This document shows positions 8,166-17,382 of a DNA stretch of 25,541 bases, in pieces. Numbering within the stretch: the first letter of the stretch is position 1; each line of letters begins with the position of its first letter. A program made the translations under genes and the position numbers. This DNA comes from a virus. Lineage: Duplodnaviria > Caudoviricetes. Location: the IMG/VR virus record IMGVR_UViG_3300020043_000848, positions 1 to 25,541 of that record; one strand, written 5' to 3'. The notes beneath the pieces were generated by a model, which was given only the letters and a program-made list of their open reading frames with translations, was not told where the DNA came from and ran no database searches.

Positions 8166-9377
8166 ATGACTCCTACAAAATCAAAGAACCCCGCTAACCG
8201 TGAGCAGTTCAACGGAACGGTTACTCTCTACTCCAACTCCCCAGACCAACCGACCGGGTATGGTCAGCAAGCCCGCTATTTAGTAGACCGTCTAAAGCGT
8301 CACGGCTTCGACGTCGCAGCTCTTTCTAATTACGGACTTGAAGGAATCAAGCGTGAACTCGATACGCCGTATGGAAAGATTCCTCACTTTGCTCGAGGCT
8401 TCGATATGTATTCGAACGACTCGGCTCCGATAGACCACAAAACTTTTTCGGCTTCAAAGCCAAACCAACCTAACGCTATGCTTACGCTCTACGACGTATG
8501 GGTTCTTACCAATCCTGCGTTCAACGATATAGACATTTTTAGTTGGGTTCCCCTTGACCACATTACGCTACCTCCTCGAGTCGAACAGTTTCTAAGAAAA
8601 GAAAAAGTTACTCCGGTTGCTATGGCTCCCCACGGAGTTCGACAAATGGAAGCTAAAGGAATTGAATGTAAGTATGCGCCTCACGGAATAGATACTAAAG
8701 TTCTAAAGCCGACCTTTGAAATAAACGGCGAGTCCGTAGAAGAACATATGGGAACTAAAGACCGCTTCGTAGTTGGAATGGTAGCAGCAAACAAAAGCTC
8801 TGGCCTTCTACACCGAAAAGCATTTAGCGAAAATCTACTCGCCTTCTCTATCTTTCAAAAGAAGCACCCGGACGTAATGCTCTACCTTCACACCGACCCG
8901 GTTTCTAAAGGCGTCGGCTGGAACTTAGTTAGCCTTCTTCAGAGCTTGGGTGTAAATAAAGAAGACGTTGCTTTCCCTAATCCTCTTAGTTATCGCTACG
9001 GAATTCCGCAGGAAACTCTTGCTGGATACTATACGGGAATGGACGTTCTTCTTGCGACGTCTTACGGTGAAGGCTTCGGGGTTCCGTCCGTTGAAGCTCA
9101 GGCTTGTGGAACGCGCGTTATCGGTTCTTCTTGGGCAGCAACTCCAGACCTTATCTCCGAAGATTCTTTCTTAGTAGAAGGACAACCACAATGGGATTCA
9201 GGGCAGGACGCTTGGTGGCAGATTCCTAACGTGCCTTCAATAGTTGGAGCCTTGGAAGAGGCATACAAGCTTGGCAAGGGTCGTTCGCAAACAGCTATCG
9301 ACTTCGCCTCTAACTTTGACGTGGACAAGGTCTGGGCTAAATACTGGCTACCGATACTTCGCGACAAATTCGCCTAA
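8166..9377 (+). CDS. Glycosyltransferase, GT-B fold (GT4-like)
   Basis: N-terminal PTGYG, HGIDT, and the C-terminal EGFGVPSVEAQACG (E-X7-E) signature. Confidence 0.9.
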   Translation: MTPTKSKNPANREQFNGTVTLYSNSPDQPTGYGQQARYLVDRLKRHGFDVAALSNYGLEGIKRELDTPYGKIPHFARGFDMYSNDSAPIDHKTFSASKPNQPNAMLTLYDVWVLTNPAFNDIDIFSWVPLDHITLPPRVEQFLRKEKVTPVAMAPHGVRQMEAKGIECKYAPHGIDTKVLKPTFEINGESVEEHMGTKDRFVVGMVAANKSSGLLHRKAFSENLLAFSIFQKKHPDVMLYLHTDPVSKGVGWNLVSLLQSLGVNKEDVAFPNPLSYRYGIPQETLAGYYTGMDVLLATSYGEGFGVPSVEAQACGTRVIGSSWAATPDLISEDSFLVEGQPQWDSGQDAWWQIPNVPSIVGALEEAYKLGKGRSQTAIDFASNFDVDKVWAKYWLPILRDKFA

Positions 9378-10021
9378 TGATTCCCGTTCTAGGATTCGCA
9401 ACTTACAGCCAGTTCGATTTGGCAAATAGGCTTCTTGCTTCAATAGATTATCCGGTTGAACATCTAGTAATCGTAGACAATTCAGGACTCCAATCTTGGG
9501 AACCAAAGAAGCCGGAGCAAGTAAAGAATCTTTGGCTACTACGAATTCCATACGGACTTGGGCTTGTTGGAGCTTGGAATCTTGTAATCAAGTCCACGCC
9601 TTACGCTCCTTACTGGTTGCTTGTAAACGACGACGCGTGGTTCGAGCCGGGCGCACTAAAGATAATCGCCGAACAAGTAGACCCCGAAGCTATAAACTTC
9701 GTCGATATTATTCCTCTTTGGTCTTGCGTTGTCTTTGGAGAAGGCGCAATCGCAAAAGCCGGACTCTACGACGAACGCTTCTATCCGCTCTACTTTGACG
9801 ATAACGACTTAGCCCGGAGAATGGAGAATGCCGGAGTCAAGGCAAGACAAATAAAAGCGGGGGTCAATCATCAAAACTCTTCAAGCCTAACGAACAAGGC
9901 AGAAGAAAATAATCGCACCTATCAAGCGAACCAAAGACTAATGGATAAGAAGATTATTGAGAATGACTTCTCTCCGGGCTACTGGGACTTGACTATAAGA
10001 AGGGCTAACCGTTGGGACTAA
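9377..10021 (+). CDS. Glycosyltransferase, GT-A fold (GT2-like)
   Basis: LVIVDNS, GAWN, LLVNDDA (DxD-like) and YDERFYPLYFDDNDLARR motifs. Confidence 0.8.
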   Translation: MIPVLGFATYSQFDLANRLLASIDYPVEHLVIVDNSGLQSWEPKKPEQVKNLWLLRIPYGLGLVGAWNLVIKSTPYAPYWLLVNDDAWFEPGALKIIAEQVDPEAINFVDIIPLWSCVVFGEGAIAKAGLYDERFYPLYFDDNDLARRMENAGVKARQIKAGVNHQNSSSLTNKAEENNRTYQANQRLMDKKIIENDFSPGYWDLTIRRANRWD

Positions 10022-10431
10022 CCATATACACCGGGGGAACATTCGACCTGTTTCACGCGGGTCACGTTGCCTTCTTGGAACGTTGCTCCGAGCTAGGTTT
10101 TGTAACAGTTTCCCTAAATACGGACGAATTCATAACGGAGTATAAAAAGAAAGCTCCGGTAATGACCTACGCAGAGAGAGCAAGGGTTCTTCTTAGCTGT
10201 CGTTACGTTACCCGAGTTATACCTAACTACGGCGGAGCAGACTCGACTCAAGCAATCGAGGCCGTATCTCCCGACCTAATAGTGATTGGTTCCGATTGGG
10301 CAAGGCGTGACTACTATTCACAAATGGGGTTTACTCAAGACTGGCTAGATGAACGCGGTATAGGCTTGGCCTACATTCCCTACACGGACGGAATCAGCTC
10401 GACTGCTATAAAAGCTCGGCTGGTAAGATAG
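10012..10431 (+). CDS. Cytidylyltransferase (HxGH nucleotidyltransferase, TagD/RfaE-like)
   Basis: YTGGTFDLFHAGH, TDE, ER...L.SCRYV, GSDW, ISST; TTG start overlapping the previous gene. Confidence 0.9.
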   Translation: MGLTIYTGGTFDLFHAGHVAFLERCSELGFVTVSLNTDEFITEYKKKAPVMTYAERARVLLSCRYVTRVIPNYGGADSTQAIEAVSPDLIVIGSDWARRDYYSQMGFTQDWLDERGIGLAYIPYTDGISSTAIKARLVR

Positions 10432-10432
10432 A
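10423..10432 (+). promoter_or_regulatory. GTARRATAGA motif, copy 2
   Basis: GTAAGATAGA just upstream of the head-tail connector gene. Confidence 0.5.
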
Positions 10433-10452
10433 AGCGAACAAAGGAAAATCTT

Positions 10453-11049
10453 ATGGCAATCGTAAACGGATATTGCTCTCTCGCAGAAATCAAAGCTTCT
10501 GCTCGCATTACCGACAGCGTAGACGACACGCTTCTAGAGCTTGCGGTCGAATCAGCTTCTCGAATGGTAGATAGCTATACGCAACGCTACTTCTACAACG
10601 CTGGAACAGCAACTAGATTATTTGCTCCTCAGGATTCTTATGTTAGCGAAATTGACGACCTAATCACTTTGACAACTCTTCAGACTTCCGACGGTGACGA
10701 CTTTGGCACAACTTGGGCAGCTAAGGATTATCAGCTAGAGCCACTAAACGGAAACGTGGACGGTCTTACAGGACACCCAGCTACCCGTATAAGGGCCGTA
10801 GACGACTTCTTGTTCAACGTCCTAGACGGAGAAGCAACCGTTCGAGTTGTGGGCGTCTGGGGCTGGTCAGCGGTTCCTGTAGCCGTAAAGCAAGCAACAA
10901 TAATTCAAGCAGCAAGAATCTTCAAGAGAAATGACAGCCCACTTGGAATCGCGGGCTTCGGTGAAATGGGAGCTATTCGTGTGGGCGTTCAACTAGACCC
11001 GGACGTCAAGCACCTTATCGACGTTTATAGAAAAGTCAGATTCGCCTAA
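10453..11049 (+). CDS. Head-tail connector/adaptor (gp6-like)
   Basis: NGYCSLAEIK..., DDTLLE...ESASRMVD, WGWSAVP..VKQA, DPDV..LI..Y; position after the capsid module. Confidence 0.8.
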   Translation: MAIVNGYCSLAEIKASARITDSVDDTLLELAVESASRMVDSYTQRYFYNAGTATRLFAPQDSYVSEIDDLITLTTLQTSDGDDFGTTWAAKDYQLEPLNGNVDGLTGHPATRIRAVDDFLFNVLDGEATVRVVGVWGWSAVPVAVKQATIIQAARIFKRNDSPLGIAGFGEMGAIRVGVQLDPDVKHLIDVYRKVRFA

Positions 11050-11456
11050 TGGCTAGCATTACCGACCTTCGCGCCGGCCTAGCCTCGGCCATTGGAGCAA
11101 TCTCCGGACTAAGGACTACAACCGAAACCCCGGATACAATCTCCCCTCCTGTCTCAATTATCAACGTAGCAACTGTCAATTATGACAAGGCCGGTTCACG
11201 CGGTCTAGACGAATACAATTTCATTATTACTTGTATCGTTGGTCGAGTTGGAGAGAGAAGCGCACAAAGACTTCTAGACGCATACGTGACGCCAGCCGGG
11301 AGTTCTTCCGTAAAGCTGGCGATAGAATTAGATAGGACGCTCGGTGGGAAATGTGATTCTCTTCGAGTTACCGATATGCGCAACTACGGCTCCATTGTTA
11401 TTGGCGAAGTTACCTATCTAGCTGCTGAATTCAACGTCGTAGTTTACGCACAATAA
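11049..11456 (+). CDS. Tail completion/terminator-like protein
   Basis: 135 aa between the adaptor and the tail tube; SVK.AIE.DRTLGG motif. Confidence 0.6.
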   Translation: MASITDLRAGLASAIGAISGLRTTTETPDTISPPVSIINVATVNYDKAGSRGLDEYNFIITCIVGRVGERSAQRLLDAYVTPAGSSSVKLAIELDRTLGGKCDSLRVTDMRNYGSIVIGEVTYLAAEFNVVVYAQ

Positions 11457-11487
11457 AACCGCTAGGAAAATAGGAGAACAAAAACAA

Positions 11488-11898
11488 ATGCCAAAGTATG
11501 TAGTAATAAACCCAAAGGTAACAATCAACGGAACTAACGTTTCGCCTTCTGTTGCTGCCGCTACTCTAGAGCTAACTGCCACAGATGTAGACGTGACTAG
11601 CTTCGGAAGCAACGGTTGGACAGAGATTATTTCTGGACTAAAATCCGGAACAGTTTCACTAGACTTCCACTCCGGCTATGCCGCAGGTGAAATCAACACC
11701 GTTCTAAACCCACTCATTGGAACTCTCGCTACCGTAGTAATCAACCCAAACGGAACAGCTACGTCTTCAACTAACCCGGCCTGGACTGCGACCGTTCACG
11801 TGAACACCGTGTCTCCAGTCGCGGGAGCAGTCGGCGATTTGGCCACCTTCAGCGTGTCATACCCGACAAGTGGCTCCGTTACTTTCGCAACCGCATAA
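11488..11898 (+). CDS. Major tail (tube) protein
   Basis: DVTSFG....I.GLKSGTVSLDF and GAVGDLATFSVSYP; strong RBS AGGAG; precedes the chaperone. Confidence 0.8.
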   Translation: MPKYVVINPKVTINGTNVSPSVAAATLELTATDVDVTSFGSNGWTEIISGLKSGTVSLDFHSGYAAGEINTVLNPLIGTLATVVINPNGTATSSTNPAWTATVHVNTVSPVAGAVGDLATFSVSYPTSGSVTFATA

Positions 11899-11907
11899 GG
11901 CTAGAAA

Positions 11908-12162
11908 ATGAAACTAACCCTACGCATTGAGTTCGCAGACGGAACACACAAAGACGTTCTTGTATCGGCTCCCGATATGGTAGCGTTCGAAGACAAGTAC
12001 GACGTTTCAATAGCAAAACTAGACGACCCAAAAATGGGCTGGTTGCTCTTCCTAGCTTGGCATTCTGAGAAGCGAAGAAAACAAACAGACAAAGAATTCG
12101 ACGGTTGGCTAGAACTAGTAGACGCTATTGGAGCAACAGAAGACCCAAAAGTAACAGAATAG
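11908..12162 (+). CDS. Tail assembly chaperone (short form, gpG-like)
   Basis: 84 aa gene after the tail tube, ending DPKVTE* over a slippery site. Confidence 0.75.
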   Translation: MKLTLRIEFADGTHKDVLVSAPDMVAFEDKYDVSIAKLDDPKMGWLLFLAWHSEKRRKQTDKEFDGWLELVDAIGATEDPKVTE

Positions 12163-12308
12163 TTGGACTAGGCGATAGCTCCGCTCATTGGTTCATAGCT
12201 TCCCTAGCGGTCGAGTCCGGAATCGCTCCGAGTATTTTGCTCGAGCAGTCCGACCGAATGCTTTGGACAATGAACAGGTGGCTTGTCGCTAAGAACCTTC
12301 CGAAGTAA
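11908..12308 (+). CDS. Tail assembly chaperone long form (gpGT-like) via -1 programmed frameshift
   Basis: C CCA AAA at 12144-12150 (X XXY YYZ). The -1 frame continues SNRIVGLGDSSAHWFIASLAVESGIAPS... to TAA 12308. Confidence 0.75.
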
Positions 12309-12346
12309 GTGAAGCCCTTGCTAACGTAAGGGCTTCACTTATTTGT
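12306..12346 (+). terminator. Rho-independent terminator-like hairpin
   Basis: 16-bp stem TAAGTGAAGCCCTTGC/GTAAGGGCTTCACTTA with a 4-nt loop, followed by TTTGT. Confidence 0.75.
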
Positions 12347-12351
12347 GTTCA

Positions 12352-12361
12352 GTAGAATAGA
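12352..12361 (+). promoter_or_regulatory. GTARRATAGA motif, copy 3
   Basis: GTAGAATAGA immediately downstream of the hairpin and upstream of ATG 12381. Confidence 0.6.
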
Positions 12362-12380
12362 TAGAAGGAAGGCTGGTGAA

Positions 12381-12911
12381 ATGATACAGATAGACGTTGA
12401 AGGCTTAGGCAAAACCGTCCGTGAGCTAAAAAAATTTGAGCCGGAACTTTTTGCTCAGATGAAAAAAGAAATCATAAACGAACCCGGTGTAGCTTCGGTC
12501 TTGTCTTCTATCAAATCAAAGGTTCCCTACATCTCTCCGTTACTAGGAAACTCTCTTACTGGTAAAGGCGGTATGCTTCACAACGGTCGAACTCGTTACG
12601 AAACCCCAAAGGTTCGAATCTACGTTAGAAACAATCCTCGACTAAGTAAGAGCGGGGGACAACGTTCCCTGATTGGATTTGAAGCCGTATCCCCCGGGGA
12701 CGCAGCAGGTTTTGAAATTCTCGACTTAGTCGGTAGTGGCCCGGACGCCAACTCAAGAAACGCTAAAGGAATGCTAAAGAAGCTTAGGGGAGAACCTTCT
12801 CGCTACGTGTGGAAGGGATACGAAGCCAGAAGAGAAGGCGTCACAAGAGCAGTTCTAGCAATCGTAAATAGATACACCACCAAAGCGAACGTAAAGCTAG
12901 AGGTAATATAA
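12381..12911 (+). CDS. HK97 gp10-like neck/tail protein
   Basis: Basic protein starting IQIDVEGLGKTVRELKK and ending ..SRYVWK. Start moved to ATG 12381 (purine-rich RBS upstream). Confidence 0.55.
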   Translation: MIQIDVEGLGKTVRELKKFEPELFAQMKKEIINEPGVASVLSSIKSKVPYISPLLGNSLTGKGGMLHNGRTRYETPKVRIYVRNNPRLSKSGGQRSLIGFEAVSPGDAAGFEILDLVGSGPDANSRNAKGMLKKLRGEPSRYVWKGYEARREGVTRAVLAIVNRYTTKANVKLEVI

Positions 12912-15154
12912 TGGCCGTCAGAATTCCGATTATCACCGTCTTCGACTCTAAGGGTTTGAAGCAAGCGCAGTATCAGCTAAATAAAGTTCGAGGCAACTTC
13001 CAAGCTCTAGGACGAAACGCTGCTATTGCCGGAGTTGGCATTGGAATAGTTGCTACCGCTTTAGGTAAGAGCGTTCAAAACGCAGCCGAAGCTCAAAGAA
13101 TAATGTCGCAGACCGAAGCGGTTCTAAGGTCTACCGGAACTACTGCCAACGGAACTGCCGCAGATATCGCTAATCTTTCTGAAACTCTAAGTCGTCAGAC
13201 CGCAGTAGACGACGAACTGATTCAGTCGGGCGCGAATCTTCTTCTTACTTTCAAAAACATTCAGAACCAATCCGGACTGAATAACGACGTATTCAATCAG
13301 ACTGTTCAAGCGACTTTAGACGTATCCCGAGCTATGGGAACGGACGCAACTACCGAGGCTATTCGTCTAGGTAAGGCGTTGAACGACCCGGTAAAAGGAC
13401 TCTCTGCCCTAAGCCGGGTTGGTATTCAATTCACAGCGCAACAAAAAGAGCAGATAAAAGCTCTTACCGAATCAGGCGACCTTCTTGGCGCGCAGAAGAT
13501 TATTCTTGCGGAACTACAATCGCAGTTCGGTGGTTCAGCGCAAGCTTACGCACAGACCTTTGCCGGACAGATTGAACTTCTTGGTATTGAGCTAGAAAAC
13601 TTTAGCGAAGAAATTGGCGTTATTGTTATGCCAGCTCTTAGAAGTCTTATGGACGGCCTCCGCGAAATGGCTCCGGAGATTGGTTCTAAATTACGCGACG
13701 CTGTAAATTCCGTAGACTGGAAAGCTTTAGCTAAAGCTCTTCTTGATACAGCAACTTTCTTCTTACAGAATGCTGAAACAATTATCAAAGTTTCTGGCGC
13801 GCTCTTTGTTCTCAATACCGCTTACAACATAATCAAGGTCACGCAAGGTTTATATAACGCCGTTGCGGTATTGACTAACGCGAATCTTCTTGGAACAGAG
13901 GTAGCAGCTAAGAAGGCAACTATCTCACTTGGTTTCTTTAGAACCGCTCTTCTCCTAAGCGGAGTCGGAGCAGCAGTATTAGCACTTGGTTTCATAATCG
14001 AGGGAATCTCCAAGACTAACGAAGGCGCAAGAGCCACCACTCCAACCGTTACAAGTTTTGGAACCGCAGTTCTAAAATCTGGACAAGACGCAGAATGGGC
14101 AGCCGGTAAATACAACGTAGCAAAGAGCGCAATCGAAGGACTAAATAGCGCGTCTGCTAACTACAAGCCACCAGTTCTTTCCGTTGGGCCTGACGCAGCA
14201 GAACGCCGAATGAACCTAGATAAGTCTTTCAATCTTTCTAAGTATCTAAACCTTCAAGCCGAACTAGAAAAAAACAACGCAACAAATACTTCTAGTTCAA
14301 CTTCTATTTCTACAGGCACAACTTTCGCAGGTGTTCTAGGAAAAAACCTATTAGAACAAACAAGGCTAAACAAACTAACAGGTAAAGGTCTTTCTGCGGG
14401 CGCAGCCGAACTAGCTCTTTCGACAGTCGATAATAAAAAACAATTCACAAAGCTAATTACCAATCTAGGTAAAGCCGGAGTAGTAGATAAAAGGCAAGCG
14501 GTATTCAACCGAACTGCTGCGGGTAAAGCTGAGCTTGCTCAGATACAAGCAAATAACGACGCTCAAAATGCGGCAAATCTAGCCGCTCAGCAAGAAGCGG
14601 ATAGGCAACGTCAAGCAGTTATAGACGCAGAAAAAGCCGCAGCTGACGAACGCGAAAGAATATATAAGTCATTTGCCGATTCAGTTACTAACACATTCGC
14701 TAGTATCAAGGACGCAATCGTTGGAGCCTTTAGCCTTCCAGAACTAGGCGGTTCGACCGATTCAATTATTCGGAATATGGATAAGCTTCTTACCCGGGTA
14801 AAGTCTTTCTCTCAGAACATTACAAAGCTATCCTCTATGGGACTAGACCCTGTATTACTTCAGCAAGTAATTCAGGCTGGCCCGGTTGCGGGCGCACGTC
14901 TAGCAGCGGGGTTAGTCGCTGGGGGAGCAGACGCACTAGGACGAATAAACGCGGGCTTCGGAGAGATTCAGACTCTCGGTTCCGAAATCGGTATGACAGG
15001 AACGCAGTCCAGATTCAATAACGCAACCCAGCAGAACGTTTACAACATAAACGTAGAAGGTGGAGTTGGTTCCGGAGCAACTATTGGTAAAGCAATCGTG
15101 GACGCAATCAAGGCTTATGAAAGAACTTCTGGCGCGGTTTGGCAGGGCGCGTAA
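12911..15154 (+). CDS. Tape measure protein
   Basis: 747 aa, Ala/Gly-rich helical; LGKALNDPVKGLSALSRVGIQFT and QFGGSA motifs; longest gene in the tail module. Confidence 0.92.
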   Translation: MAVRIPIITVFDSKGLKQAQYQLNKVRGNFQALGRNAAIAGVGIGIVATALGKSVQNAAEAQRIMSQTEAVLRSTGTTANGTAADIANLSETLSRQTAVDDELIQSGANLLLTFKNIQNQSGLNNDVFNQTVQATLDVSRAMGTDATTEAIRLGKALNDPVKGLSALSRVGIQFTAQQKEQIKALTESGDLLGAQKIILAELQSQFGGSAQAYAQTFAGQIELLGIELENFSEEIGVIVMPALRSLMDGLREMAPEIGSKLRDAVNSVDWKALAKALLDTATFFLQNAETIIKVSGALFVLNTAYNIIKVTQGLYNAVAVLTNANLLGTEVAAKKATISLGFFRTALLLSGVGAAVLALGFIIEGISKTNEGARATTPTVTSFGTAVLKSGQDAEWAAGKYNVAKSAIEGLNSASANYKPPVLSVGPDAAERRMNLDKSFNLSKYLNLQAELEKNNATNTSSSTSISTGTTFAGVLGKNLLEQTRLNKLTGKGLSAGAAELALSTVDNKKQFTKLITNLGKAGVVDKRQAVFNRTAAGKAELAQIQANNDAQNAANLAAQQEADRQRQAVIDAEKAAADERERIYKSFADSVTNTFASIKDAIVGAFSLPELGGSTDSIIRNMDKLLTRVKSFSQNITKLSSMGLDPVLLQQVIQAGPVAGARLAAGLVAGGADALGRINAGFGEIQTLGSEIGMTGTQSRFNNATQQNVYNINVEGGVGSGATIGKAIVDAIKAYERTSGAVWQGA

Positions 15155-16401
15155 TGGCAGCCCCAGCTCTAAAGGTTGAACTAGGTCTTGACTTAGGTAG
15201 TAACGACCCATTCGCTTTTCGACTTGACGACGCAATCAAAGGTGTTCTAGATAACGTAGATTACACATTAGGCGGAACGAAGCTCTTTGATATTTCTTCC
15301 CGTCTTGTATCCGTCGCCGTCCGTCGAGGTAAGTCACAAGCTCTCGACCGCGTAGACGCCGGAGTAGCAACAATTACGGTGGACAACTTCGACCGACTCT
15401 TTGACCCGCTCTATGAAGCCGGACTTTATTACGGGCAGCTTATACCCCGGCGCGAGGTAGTTATCAGCTCTAATGGTTACCCGGTCTTCAACGGCTTTAT
15501 CGACGACTTCGATATTCAGTATGAGCCGGGAAAGAAGTCCGTAGTTTCAATAGCAGTTTCGGACGCCTTCTCCGTTTTAGCTAACTCAGCTCTTGACGAA
15601 TTAGTTCCCTCTAGCGAATTATCGGGAGCAAGAATCGAACGCGTCCTAGACCTCCCTGAAGTGGGCTGGCCTTTAGAAAGAAGAGAGATAGACCCGGGCA
15701 ATACTCTAATGCTTGATTCGGTAGTTACCGAAGGCACGGGAACACTCAGCTATCTCCAGCTTGTAGAAACTAGCGAGTTCGGAACAATCTTTATTTCACG
15801 CGAAGGAAACGTAGTCTTCAGGGAAAGAAACTCAGTCCCGAACGTTATTAGCTTGGTGTTTGCTAACACAACTACCGACCCGCTTCTTACCGCCATTCCG
15901 TTTATTGACGTAAACATTGTCTACGGTTCCGAGAATCTTTACAACCGTATTCTTCTAGAGAATGACGACGCTATTCCAGAACAAGGATTCGCAGAAGACC
16001 TAGACAGTCAAGCCCTTTATGGAGTTCGTGTTTACGATAAGTCAGGGCTTCTAGTTCAGAATCCCGAAGACCTCCAATTCCTATCTGACTACTTGCTAGA
16101 GCGATTCAAGCAACCCCAATACCGATTCGAAACCGTGACCGTATCTCTAGACAATATTCCAACGGAGAAACAGAACCTAGTTCTAGACCTAGAAATCGGC
16201 GACATTGTCCAAGTCAAGTATTTACCTTCTGAAGTTCCCCCGGCTATCGAGCAATACTGCCGAGTTATCGGAATAAACAACAGCTGGGACAACTCAAGCA
16301 AGAACATAACCTTTAGCTTGGAGCGTCTAGACTTCGCAATCTTTATACTAGATGACGCCGTTTTGGGTGTCTTAGACGACGACCGCCTTGCTTACGAGTA
16401 A
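15154..16401 (+). CDS. Minor tail / tail-tip hub protein
   Basis: Follows the TMP with TAATG coupling (start 15154). VRRGK, DNFDRLFDP, SGARIERVLD, SEFG..FISREG, LEIGD motifs are typical of siphophage tail-tip proteins. Confidence 0.75.
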   Translation: MAAPALKVELGLDLGSNDPFAFRLDDAIKGVLDNVDYTLGGTKLFDISSRLVSVAVRRGKSQALDRVDAGVATITVDNFDRLFDPLYEAGLYYGQLIPRREVVISSNGYPVFNGFIDDFDIQYEPGKKSVVSIAVSDAFSVLANSALDELVPSSELSGARIERVLDLPEVGWPLERREIDPGNTLMLDSVVTEGTGTLSYLQLVETSEFGTIFISREGNVVFRERNSVPNVISLVFANTTTDPLLTAIPFIDVNIVYGSENLYNRILLENDDAIPEQGFAEDLDSQALYGVRVYDKSGLLVQNPEDLQFLSDYLLERFKQPQYRFETVTVSLDNIPTEKQNLVLDLEIGDIVQVKYLPSEVPPAIEQYCRVIGINNSWDNSSKNITFSLERLDFAIFILDDAVLGVLDDDRLAYE

Positions 16402-16407
16402 AATAGA
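16398..16407 (+). promoter_or_regulatory. GTARRATAGA motif, copy 4
   Basis: GTAAAATAGA upstream of the tail-fibre-like module. Confidence 0.55.
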
Positions 16408-16427
16408 AGAAAGACATAAGGAAAACA

Positions 16428-16817
16428 ATGCCTAGAAAAACCTTTACCGCTGGAGAAGTGCTTGCTGCTTCTGACGTCAATCTGTACCTTTCAAACGAGG
16501 TAAATCTTGCTACTAGCACGGCGACCACCTACACCGTTCTTCCGGGCGACCGCTACGAAACTCTAGTCTTCACCGCAGCTTCAGCCGTGACCGTGACTAT
16601 CGGAACCGCTACCGCTTTCCAAGCCGGAGAAAGAATAGACATTCTTCAAGACGGAGCTGGAACCGTGACTATCACCCGTGACGGAACCGCAACTACTATA
16701 AATGGACGCGGAACCGCTGGAACCGCTTACCGCATTGGTCAGCGCTATGACGCTGTATCTGTTGTCTGTGTGGGTACTAACTCTTACCGCATTATTGGTA
16801 ACGCAACGGCAGTCTAA
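16428..16817 (+). CDS. Tail fibre/adaptor-like protein
   Basis: KTFTAGEVLAASDVNLYL N-terminus; Thr/Ala-rich beta strands (Q.GAGTVTI). Confidence 0.6.
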   Translation: MPRKTFTAGEVLAASDVNLYLSNEVNLATSTATTYTVLPGDRYETLVFTAASAVTVTIGTATAFQAGERIDILQDGAGTVTITRDGTATTINGRGTAGTAYRIGQRYDAVSVVCVGTNSYRIIGNATAV

Positions 16818-17380
16818 TGACTCTCTCAGCGTTAGGTATTTTTAGTGCTGCTGGGGCTGGTGGGGGAGCTGCCCTATCTGACTACGAGCTTATTGAAACC
16901 CAGATTTTGGGTAGCTCTCAGGCTTCTATTACTTTCAGCAGTTTAGGCACTTACTCATCTACCTATAAGCATTTACAAATTCGTTATACAGCAAAAAATA
17001 ACTCAAACGATTTTAGCGACAATTTCTTTGTCACGGTAAATGGGGACACATCAGCAAACTATTCACACCATAGATTAGTGGGTAATGGTTCTGCGGTCAC
17101 TTCAATAGCTTCAACATCTCAAAACTCAATGATTCTAGGCAGGTATGGTCAAAGTGTTGGAACCATTTTTGGCGCTGGAGTAATTGACATTTTAGACCCT
17201 TATTCAACTACAAAAAATAAAACCTTTAGGTCTTTCTACGGTTGCTTCAATACCACTTTTGTCATGCTAAATAGCGGACTATGGATGGCCACCAGCTCTG
17301 TGACATCGTTAAGTCTTTCGGCTAGTCCAGTATCTTTTGCGGCTGGCTCTCGCTTCTCTCTCTACGGAATAAAGGGATAA
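16817..17380 (+). CDS. Ser/Thr-rich beta protein, paralog 1 of a tail-associated triad
   Basis: Shares S.TFSS...TY..L, N.....NY, W....I/VTS and FSLY motifs with the next two genes. Confidence 0.65.
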   Translation: MTLSALGIFSAAGAGGGAALSDYELIETQILGSSQASITFSSLGTYSSTYKHLQIRYTAKNNSNDFSDNFFVTVNGDTSANYSHHRLVGNGSAVTSIASTSQNSMILGRYGQSVGTIFGAGVIDILDPYSTTKNKTFRSFYGCFNTTFVMLNSGLWMATSSVTSLSLSASPVSFAAGSRFSLYGIKG

Positions 17381-17382
17381 CA

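Noticed and set aside
12105-12308. Independent 67-aa gene
   Set aside because: Better explained as the -1 frameshift extension of the tail chaperone.
374-16528. Numerous minus-strand and alternative-frame ORFs inside structural genes (e.g. 374-598, 2415-2813, 6449-6763, 6888-7244, 13546-14508)
   Set aside because: They are shadows of well-supported plus-strand genes, with no motifs or RBS.
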